Shown one piece after another: positions 34,946 through 45,298 of a stretch of DNA of 64,000 nt. The stretch lies in NCBI GenBank assembly GCA_965213725.1, contig OZ243924.1:1072716-1136715 (forward strand). Direction: 5' to 3'. Position 1 is the stretch's first letter. Each line of letters opens with the position of its first letter. Source of the stretch: Dehalococcoidia bacterium. GTDB taxonomy: Bacteria; Chloroflexota; Dehalococcoidia; Lucifugimonadales; UBA3495. Made by a program: the position numbers and the translations under genes. The notes beneath the pieces are model-generated. The model did no database searches, was not told the DNA's origin, and saw only the letters and a program-made list of their open reading frames with translations.

Positions 34946-36160
34946 CTACCCGGGGATATCGTCGTAGTAGTGTTCCTCGGAGATGACCCGGTTCCGGCGC
35001 AGGGCCGCTATCTCCTCCCCGCTGTACTCCAGCAGACCCCCCAGCACCTCTTCGTTGTGTTCCCCCACCTGCGGCGTGCTGCCTATGCTTACCGGCGTCC
35101 TCGAAAAGTGCCAGTAGTCCCCGGACACCGCTATCTCCCCGGCCAGAAAGTCCGGCACCTCCACCATCGCCCTCCGCTCCCACGGATGCGGATCCGCCGC
35201 CGCCTGCGGTATCGTGTTCACCGGCGCCGCCACCACGTCATGCTCCGTGAAGTGCGCTATGGCCTGCTCCATGCTCTTGTCCGCCAGCAGTTCCCCCATG
35301 GCCCCGTCCACCAGTTCCCGGTGGGCCGCCCGCTCGTGCCGCGTGCTGAAGCGCGGATCCTCCAGCCACTCCGGCCGCCCCAGGGCGTTGCACACCCGGT
35401 GCCAGTGGTGCTGATCTCCGGCCGACACCAGCACCCAACCCTCCCGGCAGGGGTAGATGCCCGAGGGCGGCGCCGTAGTATCGCCCCGCTTGGGCGGTAT
35501 CTTGGTGCCGTGATAGGCGGTTATAGGTATCTCGGTCATGGAATAGCCGGTGTCCGCCAAGCAGACGTCCAAGCTCTGGCCCAGCCCGGAAGCCTCCCGC
35601 TCGTGCAGCGCCGCCAAGGCCCCGATGGCCGCGTGCAGGGCCGTGATGCGGTCGATGATCGGCACCCCCGTGCGTATGGGGGGCATCCCCTCCTCCCCGG
35701 TCACCATGGCGATGCCCGACATGGTCTGCCCGATGGGGTCGTAGCCGATGTTGTCGCGGTAGGGGCCGAACTGCCCGTAGGCCGACACGTTGACCATGAT
35801 GATGCCGGGGTTCAGTTCCTTGAGGGTTTCGTAGCCGAAGCCCATCTTCTCGATGGTGCCGGGGCGGAAGTTCTGCACCAGCACGTCGGAGACCTTGACC
35901 AGTTCCCGCAGGGCGGCCTGGCCTTCTTCCTTGCGCAGGTCGATGGAGAGGGACTTCTTGCCGGAGTTGTACTGCACCCAGTAGGACGACTGTTTTCTGA
36001 CCCAAGGGCCGTGGTAGCGGGTTTCCTCGCCGCCCAGACGCTCGACCTTGATGACCTCGGCGCCCAGGCGGGCCAGCACTTGGGCGCAGCGGGGCCCGGC
36101 TTGGTGGCGGCCCAAGTCAATGACCCGCACGTGCTCCAGAGGATGATTCAATCCTGCCAT
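34946..36160 (-). CDS. CaiB/BaiF family (class III) CoA transferase
   Basis: AAGGGAG RBS. Contains VRVIDLGRHQAGPRCAQVLARLGAEVIKVE... Confidence 0.9.
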   Translation of the reverse strand: MAGLNHPLEHVRVIDLGRHQAGPRCAQVLARLGAEVIKVERLGGEETRYHGPWVRKQSSYWVQYNSGKKSLSIDLRKEEGQAALRELVKVSDVLVQNFRPGTIEKMGFGYETLKELNPGIIMVNVSAYGQFGPYRDNIGYDPIGQTMSGIAMVTGEEGMPPIRTGVPIIDRITALHAAIGALAALHEREASGLGQSLDVCLADTGYSMTEIPITAYHGTKIPPKRGDTTAPPSGIYPCREGWVLVSAGDQHHWHRVCNALGRPEWLEDPRFSTRHERAAHRELVDGAMGELLADKSMEQAIAHFTEHDVVAAPVNTIPQAAADPHPWERRAMVEVPDFLAGEIAVSGDYWHFSRTPVSIGSTPQVGEHNEEVLGGLLEYSGEEIAALRRNRVISEEHYYDDIPG

Positions 36161-36353
36161 GTCGGTAACTCCCTTTCCCCGCCGCGGGCGCGGGAACGCG
36201 GTTGGCTTGGCCGCATTCTACGGCCCCAGGCCGCGCCCGGCAAGACGGGAAAATCATAGGCGCAATTCGTAACATTCCTGTAAGGTTTAGTAATATAATA
36301 TGGTCTCTCGCTCACTATATCGACGCTCAAAGACCGCAATAGGAGGAGCGACT

Positions 36354-36551
36354 ATGTTCAAGCTGCGAGGCTGCCCCAAGTGCCGTGGAGACCTCTACAC
36401 CGGGGAGGACATCTATGGCGTGTATCTATCCTGCATCCAGTGCGGCCGGTATTTTGCCGTTGCCGAAGCGCCCGGCCGGGGCGTCCAGCCAGCGCCGGAC
36501 GCTCAGCCCGCCGGGCCTCCGGGGCTGGAGGAACTGGAGCTGGCCGCTTAG
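36354..36551 (+). CDS. small zinc-ribbon protein (65 aa)
   Basis: AGGAGG at 36341-36346. Reads MFKLRGCPKCRGDLYTGEDIYGVYLSCIQCGRYF. Confidence 0.5.
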   Translation: MFKLRGCPKCRGDLYTGEDIYGVYLSCIQCGRYFAVAEAPGRGVQPAPDAQPAGPPGLEELELAA

Positions 36552-36602
36552 GGAGGCCGGGTCTTTAATCGGTATTCCCAGCGCGGGCCGTCATTGCCTG
36601 CA

Positions 36603-36640
36603 CCGTCCCGCCTCTCGGGAAAGACCGGGAGGCGGGACGG
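36603..36640. terminator. 12-bp-stem hairpin between convergent genes
   Basis: CCGTCCCGCCTC-N14-GAGGCGGGACGG. Confidence 0.5.
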
Positions 36641-36685
36641 CGCGGCCAGACAGCAATATCGGCGCACGTTGGGAGTACCGGCCCC

Positions 36686-38687
36686 TTAGGGCTGCTCGAT
36701 GTTCAGCGGGCCGAAGGCGGCGCTGGGGTAGTTGTTTTCGCCCACGCCGGCGGTGTCCACCGGCACGTAGGCCCGGACGTGCTTGCCGTTGTCATCGGTA
36801 TGCGGGGTGTACTCGAACGAGCATTCTCCTGCGGCCCGGGTGCCATAGTCCTTGGGCTGCCGGGCCGAGTCCATGTCCGTGAAAGTCACCCCGTCGTCGG
36901 AGCGCTGCCAGGTCCAGAGTTTGCGGCGGTCTTCGCCGGTGTCGGCGCCGCAGAAGCCGTCGCCGGCGTCGCCGACACTCTGGACTCGGTTGGGATACAC
37001 CCGGTCGGGATCCAGCCGCACCGTTACCATCGTGTGAAAGCCGCTGCCATCGGTGTCGGCCTCGATGGTGCCGCAAATCGGGTCGGAAAGTACGGCATTA
37101 GAAGTGACGCGGAAGCGGGGTTCAACCAAGTCCGGGAACACGTCCCTGTAATCCGCAAAGCTAAGCGGCGAATCGCCGATGTCAGTGTTGCCGAAGCTCA
37201 GCTCCTCCAGGCTGTTCAATCCCCACCTGGAACCGTAGGCGGGGGCGATGTTGCCCAATTTGGTGTTGGAGAGATGCAGCTCGCGCAGTTCCGACAAGCC
37301 GTCAAACTGGCTGGCATGAATGCAGGCCAGCGAACGGTTGCCGTTCAGATACAGCTCGCGCAGGCTGGACAGCCCGTCAAATACCTCCGGCGGTAGCGGT
37401 CCCAGTGCGGAGTTGCCGTTCAGACGCAGGATTTCCAGGCTGGTGAGGCCGTCGAACACCTCCTCGGGCAGGTCGGTCAGATCGTTGCCGTTCAGACGCA
37501 ACTGTTCCAGGCTGGAGAGGCCATCAAATACATCTTCGGGCAGGGTTGCCAGCGAGTTGTTGTCCAGATACAGCCGTTCCAGGTTTGGAGCGCCATCAAA
37601 CACGTTTTCGGGCAGGGTGGTCAGCGGGTTGTTTTCCAGATACAAGTTATGCAATCCGGGAAGGTTGTCGAAGTCGCCTTCTTGCAGCTCGCGCAGTCGC
37701 TGACCTCTCAGGATAAACGTAAGACCGGCGGCGAGCTCCATTCGCTGGACGGTACGGCGCTGCAATCGCTCTCGGCAAACTCCGTGAGGACGATGTCGAC
37801 CACCTTCTGCGTGCGTTCGTGGAGGGGGTTGCCGGCGGTGCAGTCGGCCAGCCGTTCCAGGGATTCGCAAATCGGGTCGGTCAGGCCGCCGGTGGTGATC
37901 CGGGTGTCGGCCTCGACCAAGGCGGGCAGCGCGGCCTGGTAGTCGGCAAAGGAGATCGACGAACCAGCGATGGGCGTGTCGCCAAACCGCAGATCCGCCA
38001 ACGAGGTCAAGTTCCACCTGGTGAAGTGGGTGGGGTTTATGTTGCCCAAGGCGGTGTTATTCAAACGCAGCAGTCTCAGGCTGGACAAGCCGTCGAACTG
38101 GCTGGCGTGAATGCAGGCCAGCGGGGGGTTCGATTCCAGATGCAGAGTCTCCAGGGGCAACCCCTCAAACAAGTCCGGCGGCAGCCAGTCCAGTTGGTTG
38201 TTGTTCAGGCGGATGTTTGCCAGGCTGGTGGTCTCGGCGAACACGCCGTCGGGCAGGGTCGTCAGATCGTTGTTGTAAATACGCAGGTGGGTCAGGCTGG
38301 AAAGTCCGTCGAAGACGCCGCTGGGCAGCTCGGTCAGATCGTTGTCGAACAGATTCAGTTGTACCAGGCTGGTGAGGCCCTCGAAGTCGTCGCTTTGCAC
38401 GGAACTCAGGTTATTGCCTACCCGGAGAGTACCGGTGATGCCGTTCAAGTCCGCGGTGGTGACAGCGCTGCAATCGGTCTCGGAGAGCTTGGCGAGGATA
38501 GCGTCAACCACCTTCTGAGTGCGCCCGTCGAGGGGGCGGCTGCCGCAGGAGGCCGTCGCTTCCTGGGCCTGCGCGGGGGCGCCAGCCCAAAGGCCACGGC
38601 CAGCACCGCCGCCATGGCCGCCAGCAGCGACAGCAACGCCAACTTCGCGCCAAGGGGTTTGCCGTCCTGATTTTCCCGTCCGGTCAC
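36686..38687 (-). pseudogene. secreted leucine-rich-repeat (LRR) protein with internally duplicated cap-LRR module; two frameshifts
   Basis: AGGAGG-N7-GTG at 38687 opens a signal-like KLALLSLLAAMAAVLAVAFG. The frame changes near 38590 and again near 37735. There are two modules, each RTQKVVD..DCSAV followed by about 9 LRRs (LxxLxLxxNxLxxLPxxVFDGL) and DPIC, then a C-terminal domain of about 150 aa. Confidence 0.7.
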
Positions 38688-38805
38688 AAAGGCGCCTCCT
38701 GCCGAACAATCCGCGGCCAATCCTAGCACAAATTCCGGTTAACTTCATTCCCGGCATGGGCATTTTCAACGCGCGCTGCCAACGCGCTATTTCCGAATAT
38801 CAACC

Positions 38806-38868
38806 GTCATTCCCGCTTTCGCCGGAATGACGGAGTTTGAGCAATGCCAACGCATATTGGGAATGCCC
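38806..38868 (+). repeat. REP-like hairpin (family B) fused to a degenerate IS1 right-end sequence (MITE-like scar)
   Basis: gtcattcccgctttcgccggaatgac is self-complementary. It is followed by ggagtttgagcaatgccaacgcatattgggaatgcc, which compares with aatgccaacaaatgctgagaatacc of IS1 copy 1. Confidence 0.6.
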
Positions 38869-39029
38869 TACAATTGGTCAGTTTCTGAATTTAATTCGGA
38901 AATTTGCCGAAAATTATTGACTGTTGCCGCGCTAAGGGCTAGCTTTGCTGTAGAGGGATAAGGCCCTTTTAAGGGTCTCCCGCACAGCATTATTTTTCTT
39001 TTCCCACACGTGTTTGAGGAGGTGGAGCG

Positions 39030-39203
39030 ATGGTCTTGGAACAGGCGTATGGCGCGCTGGCGGTGGAGGATGCGCCGGTCTGTCGGCATCATTGGGTCAT
39101 AGAGCCGGCCAACGGGCGCTACAGCAGGGGAGAATGCCGGAACTGCCACCAGATCCGCACCTTCGAGAACTCCATCTATGCCGGGGGCGACGACGAAGAG
39201 TAG
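39030..39203 (+). CDS. small Cys/His-rich hypothetical protein (57 aa, below the ORF-track cutoff)
   Basis: GAGGAGG at 39016-39022, ATG at 39030. Reads MVLEQAYGALAVEDAPVCRHHWVIEPANGRYSRGECRNCHQIRTFENSIYAGGDDEE. Stop is TAG at 39201-39203. Confidence 0.45.
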   Translation: MVLEQAYGALAVEDAPVCRHHWVIEPANGRYSRGECRNCHQIRTFENSIYAGGDDEE

Positions 39204-39274
39204 GGCCGGCGCCGGGCCGTATCGTCTGCCGGGGCAGGCCGTCAGCCTGCCCCGGTTTGCGTCTTGCGGAGTCC

Positions 39275-40192
39275 TTACAGAAGGGCGACCGGGTTGACCG
39301 GGGAGCCGGTGCCGCCGACCACCCGCAGGGGGTTGATCGTGAGCATAAATTCGTAGCGGCCCTCATCGGCGCAGGCTTCGGCCAAGGGCTGGAGCAGCGC
39401 GTTGTCCAGCAGGCCAATGCCATAGGCGAAGATGGAGCCGTGCACCGCCCAACTCAGTTCATACCCGTTGGGGGTATGATCCATCATGTCCCACCCCAAG
39501 AGACAGATGTCCGACTCGCGGATGAACTTCAGGCAGCTCATGTGCAGGCCGGGGCGCTCCAGGGGATTGCTGCCCCATACCGGGTTGCCGTCGGCGTTCC
39601 AAGCCTCGCGCCCGCCATAGACCAAGAGCGCGTCTCCGGGCCGCATCTCGACGCCCTGCTCGCCGGCGATGTCCGCCAGTTCCCAGCCGTGGATGGGGGT
39701 ATCCATGGTGACATAGGCCCCGCCCCGGTGCTTGGGCACGTCCAGCAGCACGCCCCGGGTGATTAGGCCCTCTTTCCAATGATGCACCGCTCCCCACTGG
39801 GCGCCGTCCATAGTGATTTCTTCCTCGGGGTTGCGCCCGTTCCACATCCCGTTCTCGTCCCAGACGTGGCACAGGGCGTCCAGGTGCGTGGTGGCCGTGC
39901 CATGGTAGGAGATGCCGTAGTAGTCGGCGGAGAACCCGGCGGAGGGGCTGCGGTACACCTTTTTCATATAGTGAATGGCCGGCGTCGGGTTATTGGGCGC
40001 CGGGATAGACGGGAACTCGCGGCTGAGGGACACGGCCCGGCCCGACTTGACCAGTCCGGCGGCCTCGATGCGCTTCTCCGGCGTAATCATATTGACCGCG
40101 CCCACCTGATCGTCGTCGCCCCAGCGTCCCCAATTGCGGTCGTCCTTCAGGTAAGCCAGCACCTCTTCCTTGGTGGGGATTCTGCGTTCCAT
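39275..40192 (-). CDS. cyclase-family protein (kynurenine formamidase-like)
   Basis: GAGGAGG RBS. Contains NWGRWGDDDQVGAVN...THLDALCHVW... Confidence 0.85.
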   Translation of the reverse strand: MERRIPTKEEVLAYLKDDRNWGRWGDDDQVGAVNMITPEKRIEAAGLVKSGRAVSLSREFPSIPAPNNPTPAIHYMKKVYRSPSAGFSADYYGISYHGTATTHLDALCHVWDENGMWNGRNPEEEITMDGAQWGAVHHWKEGLITRGVLLDVPKHRGGAYVTMDTPIHGWELADIAGEQGVEMRPGDALLVYGGREAWNADGNPVWGSNPLERPGLHMSCLKFIRESDICLLGWDMMDHTPNGYELSWAVHGSIFAYGIGLLDNALLQPLAEACADEGRYEFMLTINPLRVVGGTGSPVNPVALL

Positions 40193-40219
40193 ATATGACG
40201 CCTCCTCGGTGTTCTGGGC

Positions 40220-40660
40220 TTAATTCTTCACCGCGGACTCGGCTAGGCAGTTGAAGAAGTTGTCCATCATATTGCGGGACACGTTCTCCATCATCCGCTG
40301 CCCCACGCGGGCTATCAGGCCGCCGGCCTGGCCCTCGCCGTCCACGGTGACGGTGGTGACGCCGCCGGCCTCGGCCAGCGTGACGAACGCTTCCCCGTTG
40401 ACGAATCCCGGCGCGCCGTTGGCCGACACTACCATTCGGTAGGACTCGTAGGGGTTCCAGTCCTTGATGCTGACCTTGGCGTTGAAGCTGCCCCGCACCG
40501 GCCCGAATTGCGCGCTGATGGACGCCTCATAGTTGCTGTCGCCTACGTCCTCCAGCCGCTGGCAACCGGGGATGCAACCCTGCAAGGATTCCGGCTGGGT
40601 GATCGTGCGCCACACGGTCTCCCGCGGGGCGTTGATTTCATAGCTGCCGTTCAGTTTCAC
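40220..40660 (-). CDS. SRPBCC/CoxG-family protein
   Basis: GTG start. Contains GSYEINAPRETVWRTITQPESLQGCIPGC...GLIARVGQRMMENVSRNMMDNFF. Confidence 0.8.
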   Translation of the reverse strand: MKLNGSYEINAPRETVWRTITQPESLQGCIPGCQRLEDVGDSNYEASISAQFGPVRGSFNAKVSIKDWNPYESYRMVVSANGAPGFVNGEAFVTLAEAGGVTTVTVDGEGQAGGLIARVGQRMMENVSRNMMDNFFNCLAESAVKN

Positions 40661-40730
40661 GATGACGGTTCCTTATGCGTATATCTCGTCAGGTATCATA
40701 TTGTCCGATGCCCGTGGGCCGCTGTCAGCG

Positions 40731-41972
40731 CTACAGCCGCTCGTCGGCCAGCAGCAACAGTTCCAGCAATGCCTGCGCGCCGTTGGCGCAGTCCTCGGGC
40801 GAGGAGTATTCCTGTACGGCGTGGCTGATGCCCTCTACGCTGGGGACGAAGAGCATGGCCATGGGGGCAATGGCGGCGATGGCTTGGGCGTCGTGGCCCG
40901 CGCCGCTGGGAACGCGCTCCCAGGCGAAACCGGCCCGCCCGGCGGCCTCGCCCACCCAGTCCTGCATCGCTGGGACGATGGGAACCGGGTCGGTGAAGCG
41001 GTGGCGGTTGATGGTGATTGCCACGCCGTCCTCCATCTCCGACTGCCGGGCCGCGCGGGTCAGTTCCCGCTCGGCGGCCTCCAGGGCGGTCATCTCCAGG
41101 TCGCGGAATTCCACCCCGACGGTGGCGCGGCCGGGGATGACGTTGACTGCGTTGGGGGTGACGTCCAAGGCGCCGGTGGTGGCGACGCGGCAGATTTCGT
41201 CTTCGGCGGCCATTTTTTGTATTTGCACCACCAGCTTGGAGGCGGCGACCAGCGCATCGCGCCGCTCATCCATGGGCGTGGTGCCGGCGTGGTTGGAGCT
41301 GCCGGCGATTTCCAGCTCGAAGACCGCCCGCCCGGTGATGCCGGTGACCACGCCGATGGGCGTGCCGGAACGGTACAGGTACGGCCCCTGCTCGATGTGC
41401 AGCTCGAAGTAGGCCGCCAGCTCGCCCGGCCGGCGGGCCGCTTCCGCCACCCGCGACAGGTCGCCGCCGATGTCGGCCATGCGCTCGGCCAGCGTGACGC
41501 CCTCGGCGTCCACCGCCGCCAAGTCTTCCGGCTCCAGCATACCGGCCATGGCCCGGCTGCCGATGAGCCATCGGTGGAAGCGGGTGCCTTCCTCGTTGGT
41601 GAACACGATCGCCTCAATGGGATGGCGTGTGACGTGGCTGTTCTCTCCCAGCGTCCTGACCACCTCGATGGCCCCCATCACGCCCAGCGCGCCATCGTAC
41701 TTGCCGCCCAGCGGCACGGTGTCGGTATGGGAACCGAGGGCGATGGCGGGCAGCGAGTCCTCGGCTCCGGCGCGGCGCCCGATGATGTTGCCGGCGGCGT
41801 CTATGCGCGTCTCCAGCCCGGCCTGGCGCATCAGGCCCATGGTGTACTCGCGGCTGGCAACATCGGCGGGCGAGAAGGCCAGCCGGTTCATTCCCTCCGG
41901 CGTCTCCCCGAACTTGCCCAGCTCGTCCAGGGTGCGGTTGAGGCGCGCTGCGTTGATGGCGAAACCGGGCAT
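40731..41972 (-). CDS. M20-family Zn-dependent amidohydrolase (allantoate amidohydrolase / N-carbamoyl-L-amino-acid hydrolase type)
   Basis: IALGSHTDTVPLGGKYDGALGVMGAIEV...FTNEEGTRF... Confidence 0.85.
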   Translation of the reverse strand: MPGFAINAARLNRTLDELGKFGETPEGMNRLAFSPADVASREYTMGLMRQAGLETRIDAAGNIIGRRAGAEDSLPAIALGSHTDTVPLGGKYDGALGVMGAIEVVRTLGENSHVTRHPIEAIVFTNEEGTRFHRWLIGSRAMAGMLEPEDLAAVDAEGVTLAERMADIGGDLSRVAEAARRPGELAAYFELHIEQGPYLYRSGTPIGVVTGITGRAVFELEIAGSSNHAGTTPMDERRDALVAASKLVVQIQKMAAEDEICRVATTGALDVTPNAVNVIPGRATVGVEFRDLEMTALEAAERELTRAARQSEMEDGVAITINRHRFTDPVPIVPAMQDWVGEAAGRAGFAWERVPSGAGHDAQAIAAIAPMAMLFVPSVEGISHAVQEYSSPEDCANGAQALLELLLLADERL

Positions 41973-42033
41973 AGTGACGTTTCTCCGTTACAGAATGCAG
42001 TATTCGCGGGCCGGAACCAAAAGCGGCCCCGCG

Positions 42034-43152
42034 TTACTTGAACTTGGGAATCACCTTGTCGGTGAGGCAGCGCATGGTGTTCATCACCACCTCGCGGGGG
42101 ACGGAGGACGTCCAATTGACCTCGAACATGATCTCGTCGGTGCTGAAGTCATCCCGCAGCAGCTCAATCTTGTCGCAGACCTCCTCCGGCGTGCCGAACA
42201 GGTTGACCTCCTCGGTGGCTTCGGGGCTGGCCGTGCCTGCGTCGGTGCTGCCGATGGCGATGCGGCCGGCGTAGTAGCGGCGGGCTAGGTTCATCAGGTT
42301 CTCGGTTTGCCGGTCGGCCTCTTCCTTGGTGTCGGCCACCAGGGTGGGGATGCGAACCACGGTGGCGGGATCTCCGGGGTGGCCTGCATCGCTCCAAGCC
42401 TTGCGGTAGGCTTTCACGTCTTCCTTCAGCACCGCCGAGCCGCGGGGGTTGTGGGGGGAGCTGCCGGCGCCGATGGCTATGCGGTAGCCCTGCTCGCCCA
42501 TGGGCACAAAGCTCTCTTGGCTGTCCACCGGCAGCAGCATCGGCGGGTAGGGCTTCTGGTATGGCTTGGGAATAGCCAGGTAGGACTCGTAGAAGGCGGG
42601 GTAGCTGTAATACTTGCCCTCGAACCCGGAGAAATGATCCTCGGTCCAGAGCTGCTTCATCACCTCCAGGTACTCGAAGAACTGCTCCCGGCGGGCGGCG
42701 GAACCGCGGGTGCGCCCGCCGGCGCCGTAGATGAAGCGGCCCCGGCTGACCTGGTCTACGATGGCGACCTGCTCGGCGGTCTGGATCGGGTCTTCCAGCA
42801 TCAGGTTGTCGAACCCGTACCGCTCGTGGGGCAAGGCCGCCGGGGACAGCGTTTCGTCGGGCTGCTTCATCACCGGGCGGTGGATTGACGAGCCAATCTT
42901 GATGCGCTCGGTGCGCTCGGCAATGACTGCGGCCAGCATCAGCACCTGGGGGTCCATGCTGGCCTGCTTGGAGAAGTGCCCGCCGCCCAGCCAGATGTAG
43001 TCCCAGCCCATCGCTTCAACGGCGTCAATCTCTTCGTAGTTCTTGATGTAGGCGTCTTCCTCAAGGAGCTTGCCTCCCTGATAATCGGGGTGCCACGGCA
43101 CCAGATCGCCTTGATACAGGGCATTCCAAGTGTTGAACAGTCCGAAATCCAT
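42034..43152 (-). CDS. LLM-class (luciferase-like) flavin-dependent oxidoreductase
   Basis: ATG at 43152 after GGAGGAGG. Starts MDFGLFNTW and contains WDYIWLGGGHF. Confidence 0.85.
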   Translation of the reverse strand: MDFGLFNTWNALYQGDLVPWHPDYQGGKLLEEDAYIKNYEEIDAVEAMGWDYIWLGGGHFSKQASMDPQVLMLAAVIAERTERIKIGSSIHRPVMKQPDETLSPAALPHERYGFDNLMLEDPIQTAEQVAIVDQVSRGRFIYGAGGRTRGSAARREQFFEYLEVMKQLWTEDHFSGFEGKYYSYPAFYESYLAIPKPYQKPYPPMLLPVDSQESFVPMGEQGYRIAIGAGSSPHNPRGSAVLKEDVKAYRKAWSDAGHPGDPATVVRIPTLVADTKEEADRQTENLMNLARRYYAGRIAIGSTDAGTASPEATEEVNLFGTPEEVCDKIELLRDDFSTDEIMFEVNWTSSVPREVVMNTMRCLTDKVIPKFK

Positions 43153-43314
43153 TTCGCCCCTCCTCCCGGTTCGGCGTTGCATCCTTTGCACTGCGCCCAA
43201 TCTAGCACCGGCGGCAAACAGCGTCAACGCTGGCCCGGCCCTAGCCCGGCCAGCGGGAAGCCAGGAGCTTGATGAAGGAGAGACGCCAGCCGAAGGACGA
43301 TGCGGAAGCAGGCG

Positions 43315-44208
43315 CTAGATTTGGCGCAGGCGGGGGTCCAGGCGGTCACGGAGCCAGTCGCCCAGGAGATTGAGGGCCAGAACCGTCAGCATGATAGCCA
43401 GCCCCGGGAAGAGCGATACCCACCAGTAGGTAACTATCACTTCGCGGCCATCGGCCACCATCAGCCCCCAGGCGGGGGAGGGCCGTTGAATCCCGACGCC
43501 GAGGAAGCTCAAGGAGGCTTCCAGCAATATGACAAAGCCAATTTGCAGGGTTGCGAGCACGATGATGGTATTGATGACGTTGGGAAGGATGTGACGGGTG
43601 ATGATGCGGAAATCGGACGCCCCGGTTACCTTTGCGCGGGCGATGTAGTCCTGTTGACGGATGCTAAGCACCTCGCCCCTGACCTGGCGGGCGTAGTAAG
43701 CCCAAAGAATGTAGCTAATCACAATCAATACGGTGCCCAGCCCCGGCCCTATTGCCGCCGCCAGCACCAGGGCGAACAGGATGCTGGGAATGGAAAGCGT
43801 GATGTCCACCAGTCGCATGATTAGCAAGTCGAATTTTCCCCCGAAGTATCCCGCGACCAGTCCCAGGGAGATACCGATGAATCCGCCCAGCGCTATCCCA
43901 ATCAACGAGACTTTCACGGAGACGCGCGCTCCGTGGATGATGCGACTCAAGATGTCCCTTCCCAGCCGGTCGGTGCCAAGGATATGCTCGCTGGTGCCGC
44001 CATCCCATACCGGAGGCAGGTAACGCTTGGGGAGTCCTCCCTCCTTGGGGCCGTAGGGAGCTATCTGGTCGGCGAAAGCAGCGGGAACTACCAGCAGAGC
44101 CAGAATCAATATGATCGGCACCCAGGGCAGGCGACGAATACTGGCTATTCTGGGCAATAACCTTGCGGGCGTGTACCAAGGCTTATCCGGGGCTAAGATT
44201 ACATCCAT
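43315..44208 (-). CDS. ABC transporter permease (DppC/OppC type)
   Basis: ILGTDRLGRDILSRIIHGARVS and EASLSFLGVGIQRPSPAWG form the EAA-loop region. Confidence 0.9.
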   Translation of the reverse strand: MDVILAPDKPWYTPARLLPRIASIRRLPWVPIILILALLVVPAAFADQIAPYGPKEGGLPKRYLPPVWDGGTSEHILGTDRLGRDILSRIIHGARVSVKVSLIGIALGGFIGISLGLVAGYFGGKFDLLIMRLVDITLSIPSILFALVLAAAIGPGLGTVLIVISYILWAYYARQVRGEVLSIRQQDYIARAKVTGASDFRIITRHILPNVINTIIVLATLQIGFVILLEASLSFLGVGIQRPSPAWGLMVADGREVIVTYWWVSLFPGLAIMLTVLALNLLGDWLRDRLDPRLRQI

Positions 44209-44240
44209 CCGATGTCTCTTCTGTTGGTCTGGGCCTTGCG

Positions 44241-45161
44241 CTATATCGAGTAACGGATTCGGGGGTCAAGATAGGCGTAGAGGATATCAACGATTAGATT
44301 GCACGCTACGAATATGCCAGCAAAAACGATTATCACTGCCTGCAACACAGGAAAGTCCCGATTTCGCACCGCCTCTATGGCGAGCAGCCCGGTGCCAGGC
44401 CATTGGAACACTTGCTCGGTGATTACGGAGCCTGTCAGGAGAATCCCGGCAATGACGCCATAGTAGGTGAGAGGGCCTATGGCGGCATTTCGAAGACAAT
44501 GCTTCCAGACCACCTTCCTTTCCGGCAGTCCCTTGATTCGCGCCATCTTGACGTACTCGGAATCCAGCACGTCAAGCATCGAAGAGCGCAACAGCCGCAT
44601 TACGGCCGCCACCTGGAACCAACCCAAGGCGATGGCGGGCATTATCATGTGCTTGATGGAGCCGGTCCCGGACGCGGGCAGCCACCCCAATTGGACGGCG
44701 AACACCCACATCAGCATCAGCCCCAGCCAGAAGGAGGGGACAGACTGGCCCAGCAGGGCGATAATCTTGCCGAAGTAGTCGAAGGGAGTGTCCCGTTTCA
44801 CCGCGGCCAGCACGCCGATGGGAACCGCGATGATAGTGCTAATGGCGAGCGAGAAGATGGCTAGCTGGATAGTCGCCGGCAACCGCTCCGCCACCAATTC
44901 CATTGCCGAGTCCGGCTTGACCAGCGAATCGCCCAAGTCCCCCTTCAGGGCGTTTTGTATGAACTTCCAGTATTGGACAACGATGGGCTTGTCGAATCCC
45001 CAGCGTTCGTTGAGCCGGTTGTACTGTTCCTCGGTGGCGTCCTCCGGCAACAGGATGTCCAGGGGGTTCCCGGAGAGGCGCCCCATGCCGAACACCAAAA
45101 AGCTCACCACCAGAAGGGTTATGAGGCTGTGGAGGACACGAATGAGGAGGTAACGACGCAT
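44241..45161 (-). CDS. ABC transporter permease (DppB/OppB type)
   Basis: Starts MRRYLLIRVLHSLITLLVVSFLVF and contains EYVKMARIKGLPERKVVWKHCLRNA. Confidence 0.9.
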   Translation of the reverse strand: MRRYLLIRVLHSLITLLVVSFLVFGMGRLSGNPLDILLPEDATEEQYNRLNERWGFDKPIVVQYWKFIQNALKGDLGDSLVKPDSAMELVAERLPATIQLAIFSLAISTIIAVPIGVLAAVKRDTPFDYFGKIIALLGQSVPSFWLGLMLMWVFAVQLGWLPASGTGSIKHMIMPAIALGWFQVAAVMRLLRSSMLDVLDSEYVKMARIKGLPERKVVWKHCLRNAAIGPLTYYGVIAGILLTGSVITEQVFQWPGTGLLAIEAVRNRDFPVLQAVIIVFAGIFVACNLIVDILYAYLDPRIRYSI

Positions 45162-45298
45162 GGCGATGCGGTTCCAAAAAAGGGATCAGTCAACGCAATT
45201 CAGCGGCCAATACACGATTGGCGCAGGTGCCGCCAGCCCCCTAGGGTATGGACTGGCGGCGCGACACAATTCGACCATTCCAGTGGCGCGAAGGGCAC

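Noticed and set aside
39014-39766. A 250-aa plus-strand ORF overlaps the cyclase gene region.
   Set aside because: Only its first part is intergenic. The plausible coding unit there is the 57-aa Cys-rich ORF in a different frame (39030-39203), which has a strong RBS. The rest is antisense to the cyclase-family gene.
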